DNA of 64,000 nucleotides from Lytechinus variegatus (GCF_018143015.1 NC_054743.1:35403243-35467242), one strand, 5' to 3'; positions 1-11,559 are shown, numbered from the stretch's first letter. Numbers and translations: made by a program. The notes: generated by a model not told the origin, from the sequence alone.

Positions 1-257
1 AATTTACAGAAAAAAAAGAAAATTTTGCAGAAATTAATAACAGAATCATTCTGTAAATTCATAAAACAGAGATTTTTCTGATTTTTTTTACAGAACAGGT
101 CTGTTTATAAAAGGGGGAAAGAGAGTTTTATTTAAGGAAATTTGTATGGTTCCATATGATATAATGTAAGATCACGCAATCTTTTTAAATTACAGGTCAC
201 TGTTCTCGAGACTCTGCTGCAGGAACTTTTTTTTTAAAGAATACATTTCTAACAGTG
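1..257. mobile_element. MITE (CACTGTTAGAAAAAAT... family), copy truncated by the window edge
   Basis: Bases 1-257 match the right half, including the right terminal inverted repeat (TIR) ...gttctcgagactctgctgcaggaac...tctaacagtg, of the complete palindromic copy at 15888-16170. Confidence 0.7.
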
Positions 258-324
258 CATATACCTACCAGATTTCCATCTGGTTTTGCATGGTGATAAC
301 CGGTTATAACACACGCAGCAGCCC

Positions 325-877
325 CCCGGGGGGGGGGGACTTACATTGACGAGTGGATAGCATGCGCGACCAAAAAAAATGTAAAAAGGATGTCTTTTTC
401 ACGATAGGGCACGTTACGTACGTAACGTGATAAGGGTGTCAAAAACACAAAAATAATGAAAAAAAGGGTATCTATTTCGCTAGGAAAATTACGTGTTTAG
501 GGTTGAATTTTCGGGGATGATAAAACAAAATTAAAATGTTTTATAAAGGATGTCCTTTTTGCCCTAACACTTCGTGTTTAGAGTCCGATTTGCGCGAGGT
601 GTAGAAGGTGGGGTCGTACTAAACCAAATAAGGTAAAGCTGACGACCGAAGGACCACTAACAAAACATTCCTGTACTTGTTTAGGGGTTCATTTCAGGGA
701 ATATTTGCCAAGAGTATCGTTTTGTTTCCAATACTTGTTAAGGGTAGGGTTTCACACGCCAATACTTGTTAAGGGGTGCATTTTCAGAATATGGAAATTA
801 CGTGTTTAGGGTGCTTTTCGAGACCCCATGGTCGCGCATGATATCCACTCGTGAATGGAAGTGGACCCCCCCCCGGG
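325..877. mobile_element. Non-autonomous TIR DNA transposon, copy 1 (poly-G/poly-C termini, ~45-bp TIR)
   Basis: Left end ccc+G11+acttacattgacgagtggatagcatgcgcgacc is the inverted complement of right end ggtcgcgcatgatatccactcgtgaatggaagtgga+C9+ggg. The internal sequence is ~85% identical to the copy at 60547-61064. There is an internal acgttacgtacgtaacgt palindrome. Flanks GCAGCAGCC / GCAGCACC look like an imperfect 8-bp TSD. Confidence 0.75.
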
Positions 878-1927
878 GGCAGCACCCCGCTTCCCAGGGC
901 CATAGTTTATACACGGAATACACAGAATGATGATTAAGACATTATTATCGATGTTCAGTTTCCTTTTATTAAAAATATACCAGCTTTCGGCCATGTTGGC
1001 CTTCGCCAGGCCCACAAACGTAACAATATAACATGAACATAAATATTTTTTCTAAAAAAAGACTTTATACATGACTTGTAATGCATACTTATCTTTCAGC
1101 CAAATGAATCTGAAGTTATAGTTTTAAAAATTATATAGGTCAAGCCTTACATAATAATATTTAGATACAACATATGATTTATGTATAGACCAACATTATT
1201 CATTGTTATATTATTATTTTAGTTAGTTAGGTAAAAAATTAGAAGATATAGTTCGATAGTTTTACATGAGGGCGCTATACTGTGTAACAGTATGGATTAA
1301 CTTGGATTCTAACCTATTATGGTCCTAAGTGACCATGATAAACCATTGAATAAGCAGACAACACAGAATTGATTCGAGAGTGGTTTAAAGATACCATATT
1401 ATATTTGGTCTTCATGTAAAGTTTTACACACACTGAGTGTGAGAACACTCTATTGCACATTGTGTTCAAAGTTATTACACTGAGATAACTTGTGTTCACA
1501 CTGTGGTAAACAGTAGTACTGTCAACACTGCCATACACATACATGGCAGTGTGAAAAATAATTTGTAGTCATTCCACTGCAACAATGTGGGGCACCATTT
1601 TACTTTATCTTAAGTTACTGAGTATCAAAACGTCAAAGCAGTGGAATGACCATGTTAACAGTACTGTGTCCACGGTGTGAAACATAGCCAATCTGTGTTT
1701 CATTGTGTGTTGGTTCCGGCATGCATGGAAAGACTATATGTATCCATCAAATTTGATTGATGTTTAGTTCGTAAATTATAATTCGTAAATTATCATAGAG
1801 GCCCGCTACCAGATGGTACTTGGACGAGATGGTAATTGGACGAATTGGCAGTAGACCAACTGAAAATAAACCATTGCATTCACACCGTAGAGTGTGGACA
1901 CGCTTCATACCGACTATTTATCACACT

Positions 1928-2238
1928 GGCCCGTATTCTGAAGTCGGGTTTAACTTAAACTCAGGTTTAAAGTTGTGGTTTAAGTATGGACAGCCAATTG
2001 TTACATAATCACTAACAGTAGAGATATCATACTTTCAGCTCATTCGGCTCTTAAATCATTCATAATTGTGTAGGAAGTATAAATAGATGATTGTCTTCAC
2101 CATTGATGAATCAGGAAAGAGCACAGTAAACATAAGAAACATACCACTTAATAAAAAATTGGATACTTTTGGCTTCCCATACTTGAACCACAACTTTAAA
2201 CTTGAGTTTAAGTTAAACCTGACTTCAGAATACGGGCC
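1928..2238. mobile_element. Inverted-repeat (foldback/MITE-like) element
   Basis: The 62-bp arm ggcccgtattctgaagtcgggtttaacttaaactcaggtttaaagttgtggtttaagtatgg (1928-1989) is the reverse complement of 2177-2238. The ORF-track peptides 1820-2008 and 2056-2358 share the same residues only because of this inverted repeat. Confidence 0.7.
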
Positions 2239-2555
2239 ACTGTGTCGACTATTTGTTCTATCCAGCAGAGACATGGTAGGCAACTGAACGAACATAAAGG
2301 GGTAGAAGACGCAAAAGAAGGCGAAATGAATGTTATATAACTTAAAAAAAAGAACCATTCAAATATCCCTTGGAACAATAATGTAATTTTATATATCCTT
2401 CATACATTCACCATTCAATAGGCATAATAACAATTAAAGATTGGCGCAGTCACATATCCCCTACGGCGGCCATATACAGCGAGTCGAAAACAGCCGTTTT
2501 AACATTTTTTTGTAAAAGCTATGGTGTTTTGAATAAAAATTGATAAAACGACGTA

Positions 2556-2773
2556 CACTGCAAAAACTCAGCCCGAAATTTATATGTCCACACCAGAGAA
2601 GTATTGAAACAACACCAGTTTGGAATCAAATCCATGCTGTTTTAATTCTAATTAAACACCTATCTGGTGTTAGACCGAAACCAAACTGATGTAGTTTGAT
2701 TACACTTCTCTGGTGTGGACATAATATACAGATTCCGGGCTGGTATTAAATCAACACCGGAGTTTTTGCAGTG
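2556..2773. mobile_element. MITE, CACTGCAAAAACT...AGTTTTTGCAGTG family, TA-flanked
   Basis: Termini are cactgcaaaaactc... and ...gagtttttgcagtg. TA sits immediately outside both ends (2554-2555 and 2774-2775). It is related to the copy at 22263-22494. Confidence 0.7.
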
Positions 2774-3035
2774 TAGTGGAAATGTGACTGCAGCATAAGT
2801 TGACAAACATGCACGTATAACAGATAATAAAAGTCAATTTGCGTGTTGTGTAAATATTTTTGTGTATTTATGTTGTGTGTGCAAACAATAAAAAATCAAA
2901 CAAATAGTGTGAGGGAAATAGGGGCTTATTAATATTGTAATATTGTTATTATTAGGTAACATCATCATTATCTATATGAAATGAAGGCCTCCAAAGAGGG
3001 GGGGGGGGGGGCGTAGATCCGTCTCTGTACACATG

Positions 3036-3262
3036 CAGTAAAAACTGTGGTGTTAATCGGTGTACATAGAGGACCATACCAGTTATTTTACACCGGCGTT
3101 AAATGGGTGGTGTTAGTTTTACACCTATAGGTATTATTACAACACCTTTTGTTGTTACATTTACACTCTTTGGTGTTATGTTTAATATCTAGGATGTAAA
3201 TTTAACACCTCAGGGTGTGGTCCTCTATTGGTGTCAGTTTTAACACCGCAGTTTTACAGTGA
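3036..3262. mobile_element. MITE, (CACTG)TAAAACTGCGGTGTTAA family
   Basis: ~90% identical to 17465-17705. The ends are cagtaaaaactgtggtgttaa... and ...ttaacaccgcagttttacagtg, which are inverted. Confidence 0.7.
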
Positions 3263-3535
3263 ACGGTCTTTTTATGACACATGTCCAGATTATTTTGCGC
3301 TAATCTATATGTTCAGATGTTAAGTCGTGCTTAGTGTTTGATTAAGTGAATTGAATTGGTATGATCGACAAGCAGTTTGTTTTCGCCTAGCGGTATAAAT
3401 TCATTTTACTCCAATATCAATTTGACTTTAACGTGTACATATACATGTATCTGAGCTTTGAGAGTAATATCGTACTCGTACGCCAAATAGTGATTTTTTT
3501 TTGGGGGGGGCGGGGCGGGCAGGTTAGCCTAATGG

Positions 3536-3690
3536 GACCCGTTTATAAAGATATACAACTATTGTAACTTTGCCATTATGGCAACTACCATGGTAACAAT
3601 GCTCTGCAGTCAATCAATGAAGGTTACCATGGTAAGAACAGATACCATGTTACAACAGTTGTAACTCTTTATGAAACGGACCACTGGGCC
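3536..3690. mobile_element. Palindromic MITE (CCCGTTTATAAAG... TIR)
   Basis: cccgtttataaagatatacaactattgtaac is the inverted complement of gttacaacagttgtaactctttatgaaacgg. Confidence 0.6.
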
Positions 3691-3692
3691 CG

Positions 3693-3855
3693 TTTCATAA
3701 AGCTGTTTGTAAGTTAAGAGCGACTTTAAGAACGACTGGTGATCATTTCGTGTGGTTAAGGATATATTCATTGGCGATATTTAAGCGCATAAGAAATGAT
3801 CACCAGTCATTCTTAAAGTCGCTCTTAACTTATGAACAGCTTTATGAACGGCCCC
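3693..3855. mobile_element. Palindromic MITE (GGCCCGTTTCATAAAGCTGTT... TIR ~55 bp)
   Basis: ggcccgtttcataaagctgtttgtaagttaagagcgactttaagaa is the inverted complement of ttcttaaagtcgctcttaacttatgaacagctttatgaacggcc. Confidence 0.65.
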
Positions 3856-4057
3856 CTGATATGGTAAAAAAATATACATGATATTAAAATAAAAACGTTA
3901 TCAGTTTAATTTTGAATAGATCTTTGATGCTTAGCACTCAGCTTCAGTACTATTTATATATGCATAATATATTTGTTTGGTGATAAAGTCTTTTTTAACT
4001 TAATGTAGAGTGGGAAATTGGTTCCTTTAAAAGTCTATGGAAAATTTTGAAAGGTGA

Positions 4058-5167
4058 TCAAGAAACGTCAGCTCTCCGATGATTACACAATCCCTTCCAA
4101 GTTTTACGAACAAACTCAGCCACTGCATGTCGATAGGTTTCCTTCAGGAGTAGATATATCACAGTGTTCAACCAACCATTGCACAAAGTCAACCTCGACG
4201 CGAGCTCCATTATGTTTGGAGGTATCCTTTTGCCACGCACGGCCGCCACAACTTCACAAATTGTAAAAGGCAACCAAGCAATATAAAATGCCCCAGCGAT
4301 CGATACCGTCAATATCACTGATTTTATTAGCCCGCGGTGGCGCATGTGACGTGCGAGTTTCTCGGCACGTTCGACATCCTTTTGAAACTGTTCCGTGGTG
4401 CGCGTTTGCGATTCAGTGCGCACGGTCGAAGCATTCACCATGGCAACTGCGGCTTGACTGGCAATCGTCCGAGCATGCCGCCGCACAATATGCAGCATTA
4501 AAACATAAAAAATAAGAAGCAAAATAGCGTACATCCACATGGAAATGGCAAAGCTGAATATCGTGTACGGTGCGAAATATGGCTGAGAAAAGTCCACCAA
4601 GCAAACTCCGAATTCCCGGTAGACAATGATGTTGAATCGATCGCCGGCGAAATACAGAACAAAAAACAATATGATGAAAGTTCCGAATGTTTGTGATACC
4701 ATTGTGGCAATTGCGCGCTTCCGATTGACAAGAGAGGCGTAACGTAAAGGTCTTGTAACTGCGATGAAACGGTCGACATTCAGGTAAAATACTGTTGATG
4801 AGGATAGTCCCGTTGTCACCGTCAGAAAATACCCTAGAGCTTTACAAAGCGGATTTCCAAACGGCCACTCTCCTCCGACGGCAGCAACGCTCATTGGCAA
4901 CAGTAAGATACCTGTGGCCAGATCAACGAGTGCTAAGGACATGTAGAACACACGACTGGCTTCATTCAGTTCTGCTAGGTGGGGCAAGATGATGAGGTTC
5001 AAGATATTGCACACAATTGACAGGACAGCGGTAATAGCGATCAGTGTGACTCCTGTTAGTGATTGCTGCGGGTCCGGTGAGGTCGTTGGCCCAGGTCCAG
5101 GTCCAGTGAAAGGATACGACGATGTCGTACTGCCATATTCGATTATGCTCATATTCTCTAGATCCAT
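4058..5167 (-). CDS. Class A (rhodopsin-like) G-protein-coupled receptor, single coding exon, 369 aa (orphan; ligand class not assignable)
   Basis: The 1110-nt ORF has seven hydrophobic segments. Class-A landmarks are present: N in TM1 (CNILNLII), LALVDL in TM2 (D2.50), DRF in place of DRY at the end of TM3, W in TM4, FAPY in TM5, AWLPF in TM6, and NTVIY as an NPxxY variant in TM7, followed by a basic C-tail. The N-terminus has a GPGPGP linker. Confidence 0.8.
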   Translation of the reverse strand: MDLENMSIIEYGSTTSSYPFTGPGPGPTTSPDPQQSLTGVTLIAITAVLSIVCNILNLIILPHLAELNEASRVFYMSLALVDLATGILLLPMSVAAVGGEWPFGNPLCKALGYFLTVTTGLSSSTVFYLNVDRFIAVTRPLRYASLVNRKRAIATMVSQTFGTFIILFFVLYFAGDRFNIIVYREFGVCLVDFSQPYFAPYTIFSFAISMWMYAILLLIFYVLMLHIVRRHARTIASQAAVAMVNASTVRTESQTRTTEQFQKDVERAEKLARHMRHRGLIKSVILTVSIAGAFYIAWLPFTICEVVAAVRGKRIPPNIMELASRLTLCNGWLNTVIYLLLKETYRHAVAEFVRKTWKGLCNHRRADVS

Positions 5168-5271
5168 GGAAATCGAATTCTGAAAAATGAAGGTCGATTG
5201 ATATCTAACATCTCTTCATCATAATGAAGGTCGCGTAGCAATAAAGGATAATAGCATGAAAAATGACCCGG

Positions 5272-5420
5272 GCAGCGTTTCATGAAAGACTTGTCGGACG
5301 TTTAATACAAGTCCTGTTGAATCTGAGAGTTAACAAATAACTGTACTTCGCTACCAATCAAAATCAAGGAAAGTTGTCAGATCTGTCAATTTAAAGACGA
5401 TGTTGATGAAATGCTCCTTG
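5272..5420. mobile_element. MITE, GGGGCGTTTCATGAAAG...CCAATCAAAATCA...GATGAAA(C/T)GCTCC family
   Basis: gggcagcgtttcatgaaagacttgtcggacg...ccaatcaaaatcaaggaaag...gatgaaatgctcc. Same family as 15058-15222 (full), 6480-6602 and 21700-21810 (partial). Confidence 0.65.
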
Positions 5421-6226
5421 GTTTGCTGTAACTGTGAACTCTGTCATTCGGTAGAGCGAGGTAAAGAGTTGTCCTGGAACTGGGATCTTGAAGGGTGATT
5501 GACATTCGGTCACATTCCTCACAGCATCCTTTATTGATGGAAGCCCAGAAGAATCTGTTTGGTAACACACATACAAAAATGGATATGATTAACCTTCATT
5601 AATTTCTTTGAGTCTATTTAAAGTGAAAATTATCTGCTCAATGCAAGTTTATGAGAGATCGAAAATTGGCGACGTCTTTCACAGTCTAGAAGACTAAAAA
5701 TGTGAAAATTAGAAAATTTGTCGTCTCTGTGGAATAGCTCCCCCCACCGAAAGAGCCATAAAAGACTATAGCTTATACTTCTTGTCCTGTCCTACACTGA
5801 TCTTTCACTGATCTTACATTAGTATTTGAATTGGTATATACAGAGATCTTTTATGCTTAATCATGCTAATGGTCTTTCGGCAGAAATTTTTCCATGGACT
5901 TTCACTGGTCTCTCTCTTTCAAGGATCTCTCATGAGTCTTTCAGTAATCTCAAAAAATAAATTGAGAGACTGTTGAGATGTGATGGAACGGCTATACACA
6001 TGCCCTTTGAGAGATTATTGTGAGACAGCGGTAAGACCACTGGAAGACCATGCACTTTCCTTGAACTGCTTTGAACCGTTTCAAAAGTTTTGGAGGCCAT
6101 GCGAAGAAATTTCAAAGATCTGACAGAAATCAAGTAAGACCTTAGAGATCATTAAAAGCTCATTGAAAGACTGTACACTATTGAAAGATCAAGCAAATAG
6201 GAGCCGCATTGCATGAAAGGACTTTT

Positions 6227-6478
6227 CATAGTGGCTCAGCTGTAGAGCGGTAGAGCGTCCGCCTCATGAACGGGAGGTCGTGGGTTCGATCCTCGGCCGA
6301 GTCATACCAAAGACTTATAAAAATGGGACCTTCTGCCTTCTTGCTAGGCGCTCAGCATTTAGATTGGAGAAGGGTAATAATAACATCTTATGTTATGCAG
6401 GGCCCGCTGGTAGAGCAGTTTCCTAACTGAAGTGGCTACCCTGGGTAAATAAAACTTTATTATTATTATTATTATCCT
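6227..6478 (+). mobile_element. tRNA-derived SINE with (ATT)n tail
   Basis: tRNA-like head ggctcagctgtagagcggtagagcg...ggttcgatcctcggcc carries a partial internal duplication. The 3' end is ctgggtaaataaaactttattattattattatt. Confidence 0.55.
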
Positions 6479-6479
6479 A

Positions 6480-6602
6480 TTCAAGTCCTGTTTTATCCGG
6501 CAGTTGTCATAGATTCTGTTCTCAGCCAATCAAAATCAAGGAAAGTTCTCAGATCTGACAAATTGTCAGACGAATATTATTGATGTTGATGAAATGCTCG
6601 TC
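6480..6602. mobile_element. MITE fragment, CCAATCAAAATCAAGGAAAG family
   Basis: ...ctcagccaatcaaaatcaaggaaagttctcagatctgacaa...gatgttgatgaaatgctcg. The 5' TIR is missing. Confidence 0.55.
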
Positions 6603-6826
6603 AGGGGTTCTTACAACGGTCTTGCTCTCTGTGGAATGGAGGTCTTTGAGGCTGTTGTGCAAATATGCTTGGAAATTAAGTATATTGTATATATTCCGTT
6701 AGTATGTTCAGTATCTGAATCTGATTGATATTACTTTGTATTATGTTTGAATTGAAATGAAATAAAAGCCTTGAACCCTTGAAAAAGAGGGATGGGCAAT
6801 TCCATAAAATATGTACACTCTTAAAA

Positions 6827-7023
6827 TAAATCAGTCAAATTGACTAGACCAATAGTCAGCTGGGAGCAACTGATATGGCAATCACTGATATTCAAATTTC
6901 TGACATATATTCTAGTCAGAAATAACTCTTTTCTAGTAAAACATGACTAGAAAATAGTCAAATATGACTAGAATAACAGTTGCTCCCAGCTGACCCAATT
7001 AACTAGTCATTTTTGACTGATTT
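6827..7023. mobile_element. Palindromic MITE (AAATCAGTCAAATTGACTAG...CAGTTGCTCCCAGCTGAC)
   Basis: Left aatcagtcaaattgactagaccaatagtcagctgggagcaactg is the inverted complement of right cagttgctcccagctgacccaattaactagtcatttttgactgatt. Confidence 0.7.
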
Positions 7024-7702
7024 GTTTTTAGAATGTACGTCCGACCACCGGTGACCTTCATGGAATTATATGTCTCTAATGTACATTTGACAGTCTGTAA
7101 AGTTCTCAACGACTTGGTCAATTATGAAGTGAAGTAAAACCTGAGAAAAATGGGAGTCGAAAGTACAAAAAGGGTGATTGCCCCAAGACACTTACCTAAT
7201 GGTTTCACGAGGCATTCAAGAAACTGTCGAGTGAAATTAAGTTGACGACATTTTGGGGTTTTTCTTTTTTCACGCATGGATCTAAGCAAATGTGTCTCTG
7301 TGATCTCGTAGACGAAGTTTGTATTCAATTATTATTGTTAAGATGGCTGTTTAATATGGTGATAATGGTGGACGAGGAAACACACATGTACTTCAAATTT
7401 GGACCGAGGACACACAACTTAAGAACCAAACAAACGATCCCAAATTATAAACTTTTTGCATAATATAGGCGCACAATAAAAAAAGAAAATTATCAATAGC
7501 TACATCCACAAAAGTCTTCTGCTATGTACTGAAATCCATTCTTTGGAAAAACATGTCCTCGGTTTCCGCCATAAACTTGTAAATGGGCAGGTGTGCGTGT
7601 GTGTATCCCTACGTGCGCTGTGTTGTGTAAAAAGGGGATATGCAGATATCATTGAGGAAAAAAATTCAGTGAAAGAAGCAAAACCTCAATCTCCTAATAC
7701 CC

Positions 7703-8071
7703 CTTTCATAAACCCAATTATGCGGCTAATAGCATCATAATTTGGTCGTAAAATTGGAGGACAAGAGTTATCCGCATTACTCTGATGCTGCTATTATCCG
7801 CATAATAGCAGCATCGGGACAAGATTTTGAGTTTATAAACGCATTTCCAAATAATGCGGATAATTGCCATGGTGCGGTCACAAGGTCACCCTTTCCAACA
7901 CAACCGCATCGGAGGGGGCGTGTCCAGTTGTCATGACGATTATCCGCCTTTTTCAGGATGGGCGCTCGTAAAAATAATGCGGCTTATTTTCGGAGTTTGT
8001 GATCGCAATTTTTATTGAATTATCCGCATTACTCTTAGGCGGCTAATTGGAGTATAGGTTTATGAAAAGGG
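7703..8071 (+). mobile_element. Non-autonomous TIR element, copy 1 (CCTTTCATAAACC TIR; TTATCCGCA subterminal repeats)
   Basis: ~90% identical over ~370 bp to 54601-54976. The termini are cctttcataaacccaattatgcggctaat and gcggctaattgga..ggtttatgaaaagg. There are at least six internal copies of ttatccgcat/atgcggataa in both orientations. Confidence 0.7.
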
Positions 8072-8894
8072 TTTAATTTTCACCCCCGCCCTCGCTCGCT
8101 CGATCCCCTCTCTCCCCCTATTGCTTTCTCTTTTACTATCTATCTTTCCATCTTCCTCTCTTTCTCCGTCTATCACATTACTTTGGAGAGGATACAAGGT
8201 GAGCGTGTATGTCCACTGAGGAAGTTCTCATTTATGCATTATTAAACCACATCAATAAATACCACAGGAAAGCAGAAATTGCTTTGCATGGTGGAATGGA
8301 ATATATAATAGAAGCATTTCAGAATTACCACTCCGCAACTTGAACTTGTGGGTCGTTTTGTTAGCCTCCGTGAATATAATTTTGGATCGAATCACGTTTA
8401 TAGAAATTCCAGTGTCGTAAAGAATCTCACCGCCTGACAAATTAACCTGATTCTTAATGTAATGACGCATAGCATGATGGCAAGAACAAATCAAAAGCTT
8501 GTATTCGCACGCTTACACCTATGAACTCGGAGTAGATCGAATTTCATGGGTTATGCCTTTTTATTGTTATGGTTTGTGTATAAAAAAGATTGGTAAGGAT
8601 ACGAGAGAAATTATAAAAAAATCACAGCAAAATCTAAGCAACAATGCAAATTAAATCAAGCCATTTTTTTTTGTTTCTTCTTCTACTTCTCCGTACTCCA
8701 CTCCTGCGACCCCTCCCCTTTTCTTTACTTTTAGTTAATTCTTCACCATATAATAGTAACCAGCAAGTACGCTCTGTGGTTAACTACATCACAGCGTTTA
8801 TGAACGTCAAGCATTAAACTGCATAATAATTAATGTACACCAATACACAGAGATGACAAGAAAACGACTGATCGGAAAAGAGGTACCGTATGTT

Positions 8895-9112
8895 TTTAGA
8901 GGTTCACTCTAAAAACAAAAAATGTTAACTTAACATTTGAAAGGTTGGAGGAGTGACAACATTTCCTAAATGTTGCATTTACCACTTTAAATGGTTCTAC
9001 CCAACACTTAAAATGTTGGATTCAGCTTTATACAAGGTTGGATGTAACATTTGGAAAAGGTTGTCACTCCTCCAACCTTTAAAAATGTTGATTTAACATT
9101 CGATTTTTTAGA
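8895..9112. mobile_element. Palindromic MITE (CACTCTAAAAA...TTTTTAGAGTG)
   Basis: ~60-bp TIRs: cactctaaaaacaaaaaatgttaacttaacatttgaaaggttggaggagtgacaac is the inverted complement of gttgtcactcctccaacctttaaaaatgttgatttaacattcgattttttagagtg. Confidence 0.7.
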
Positions 9113-9436
9113 GTGTTTCGTAATTCCTCCTTCTCACCGTCGTGCGATCCTTTACGGGTGTTCCGTAAAGCCCTTTCACAATTGGTGTTGCGATTGTGCG
9201 CAACATATATCGTGACCAAATGATCGCACGAGTTATTGTGAAAGCCCCTCAACTGATCACGAAACTTTTCAATCCTTTCAAAAAAAATCTACGATCAATA
9301 CGATTGCCACGACTGATCTGATACGATATGATACGATCTGATTAGACAACTACGATTAATCCACGATTCAGATCAATCGCGGCGTGGAAATCTTGACAAT
9401 GGAAACTAGGTACATGTATAAATAGATCCGTATTTA

Positions 9437-10097
9437 CAGTGTGAGTAAAAAAACCTCAAAAAACTTGACACCTCACAAACTCCAAATTTAAGGAAAAATA
9501 TGCCATGAACACATAATTATTATATATTACGTGAAAGAGTGTCTTACTTCTCCCAACTAATTTGATACCATCTTTATGTGGTATGAGTTAACGCTTGGAT
9601 GACCAGGAGGTATTCTTTGCAGTGATGTAAATTTTGGTTTGCTCCAGAGTAAGGCATCACTGCAATGAGTGAATCCAGATGACAATGATGTTGTAATCCT
9701 TCAAAGGTTGTAGTAAAATCCATTTCAAAATACCCACTTTCAGTAACTTACATTTTGATTGTTTAATAAACATATTTAGCATCGATTCTCAAGCTAATCA
9801 ATGAAAACCGGGATTAGCAAAAAATTATGTTCACTAGCTCATGTAGTATTTTGACCGTCGGGATTCTTTCATTGCAGTCATGCCTTACTTTGGCGCAAGT
9901 CAAAATTTAAATCACTGCAAAGAATAACTGGTGCATCATCCAAGCGTTAAAACATACCACATAAATACGGTATCAAATTATTTGGGAAATAATATTCTTT
10001 CCAGCCATATATAACAATTATGTGTTCATGACATATTTTTCCCTTAAATTTGGGATTTGTTAGGTGTGAATTTTTTTTTACTCACACGGTAGAGTGA
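9437..10097. mobile_element. Foldback element with long (~250-bp) inverted arms
   Basis: Left arm cagtgtgagtaaaaaaacctcaaaaaacttgacacctcacaaactccaaatttaaggaaaaatatgccatgaacacataattatt... is the reverse complement of ...aacaattatgtgttcatgacatatttttcccttaaatttgggatttgttaggtgtgaatttttttttactcacacgg. The arms also pair at tttgcagtgatg / cattgcagtcatg. Confidence 0.7.
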
Positions 10098-10436
10098 GTT
10101 AATTAACGAGGGTTTTGTTCCATTCTTTTATGTGGTATATCATTTTTTTACCGTAAGTAGATATAATCATCTTTGTATTAAGAAGAACAACTACTTTAAA
10201 TCAATCATTATCCCAGATTGTCGTCACTGTATTATTAGTTCTTTGTTGGAAACGAAACAGAGAGATGTCCGCAAATATCTTGTGCATGCTTTATTTAGCT
10301 GGGCACCGTTAATAATAAATTACATTTTTTAACGAGTAATAAACAATGCTGTGGAGTAGATTCCAAACTCATACAGCTCTCGCTCGTTTACAGAGGTCCA
10401 ATCCTTGAATGATAGTAATCATTCACACATGGTAGA

Positions 10437-10712
10437 ACCAGGGGCGGATCCAGGATTTTCTAAAGGGGGGCCCATTTTTCCGAGGAAAATTTGACAAGCA
10501 AAAAAAAGAAAGAAAAGGATGGTTTTTAACCAAAATTTAATGATATTTCGTCCCCGAAAACATTTGGAAAAATAGGTCTTGATTCACTTTCAAGGGGGGG
10601 GGCACACTTCTGTTTTAATGGCATTTTCACATTACAAATTTTTAATTTTGCTTCTCAAAAGGGGAGGGGCATGGGCCGGCTGTGCCCCCCCCCCCGATCC
10701 GCCAGTCGATAT
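10437..10712. mobile_element. TIR element, CAGGGGCGGATCCAGGATTTTC family (poly-G/C internal tracts)
   Basis: Termini are caggggcggatccaggattttc and ...gatccgccagtc. A related copy is at 22838-23063, with partial copies at 27281-27575. Confidence 0.6.
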
Positions 10713-11559
10713 GACTATGAACAGTAAAATTATTGCATTACCATGATTATGGAAAGCATTTGTACAGAAACTCATGTTTCAATATGTTTTTTTTTTCTGT
10801 GCAACTTTGTTTTGAGATTGAATATAACTATTGAATTTAACTATTCTTGATCGCTTCCTCGATCATGACCATTTCATTTAATGTTATATATCGGATTAGA
10901 GAAGAAAACATAATTTCACAATAATGCGATTTCAGAAATGATTTAGGCATATAATAATTTATTCCGTTTACAATGAAGACCCTATTTCATTTTCAACAAA
11001 ACGCATTGGGCTGATATCAATCAACTCTTGATTGATATCAAGAAATGGTTTCATGTGGTTCACAAATTAGAATTTGTGAACAGAAATCAATTCTTGATGT
11101 ATCAAGAAAGGAATTCTCGATATCAGGAAATCTAATTCTTGATGTGAGAAAATGTGAATAAATTTTAAAACGGCTTACCATACGAACGTGCATGGGACGA
11201 CAAACATGACAAAAAATCCTATTAAATTATATGACTTCATATCAGATTGACACACGATATATTTCGAGATAGATACAAGTAAGCATATATCTCAACTGTT
11301 TCATTTTCATGGCTAAATATAGCTTTGGAATAATGACATACCATCTTCATTCTGGTGATTGACCTCTCGTTCACGCAATTGAAAGCAATTGAACACGATT
11401 GACCATTTGTTACTTATCTTTGGCGGCTTTAAAATCGGGCCTATATATCATTTTAGCATCGCATTTCAGTCAGCCGGGCGACTCTGACTTTGCGATTGGC
11501 CGGATTGGCTTAAAGCTACATCCAAGGGTCCGTAACACAAATCCCATCGCTTGATCCGC

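Noticed and set aside
806-1015. A 69-aa ORF that would be read as a gene at the edge of the poly-G transposon.
   Set aside because: It spans the TE's right TIR and poly-C tract and has no coding features. The ORFs 22660-23073, 49583-49843, 62927-63163 and 53246-53493 are likewise TE-internal artefacts.
7742-7936. An identical 64/77-aa peptide (MVVKLEDKSYPHYSDAAIIRIIAASG...) predicted at two distant loci (also 54643-54876), which would suggest a conserved small gene.
   Set aside because: Both copies sit inside the two copies of a non-autonomous TIR element. The conservation is a DNA-level repeat and there is no coding signature.
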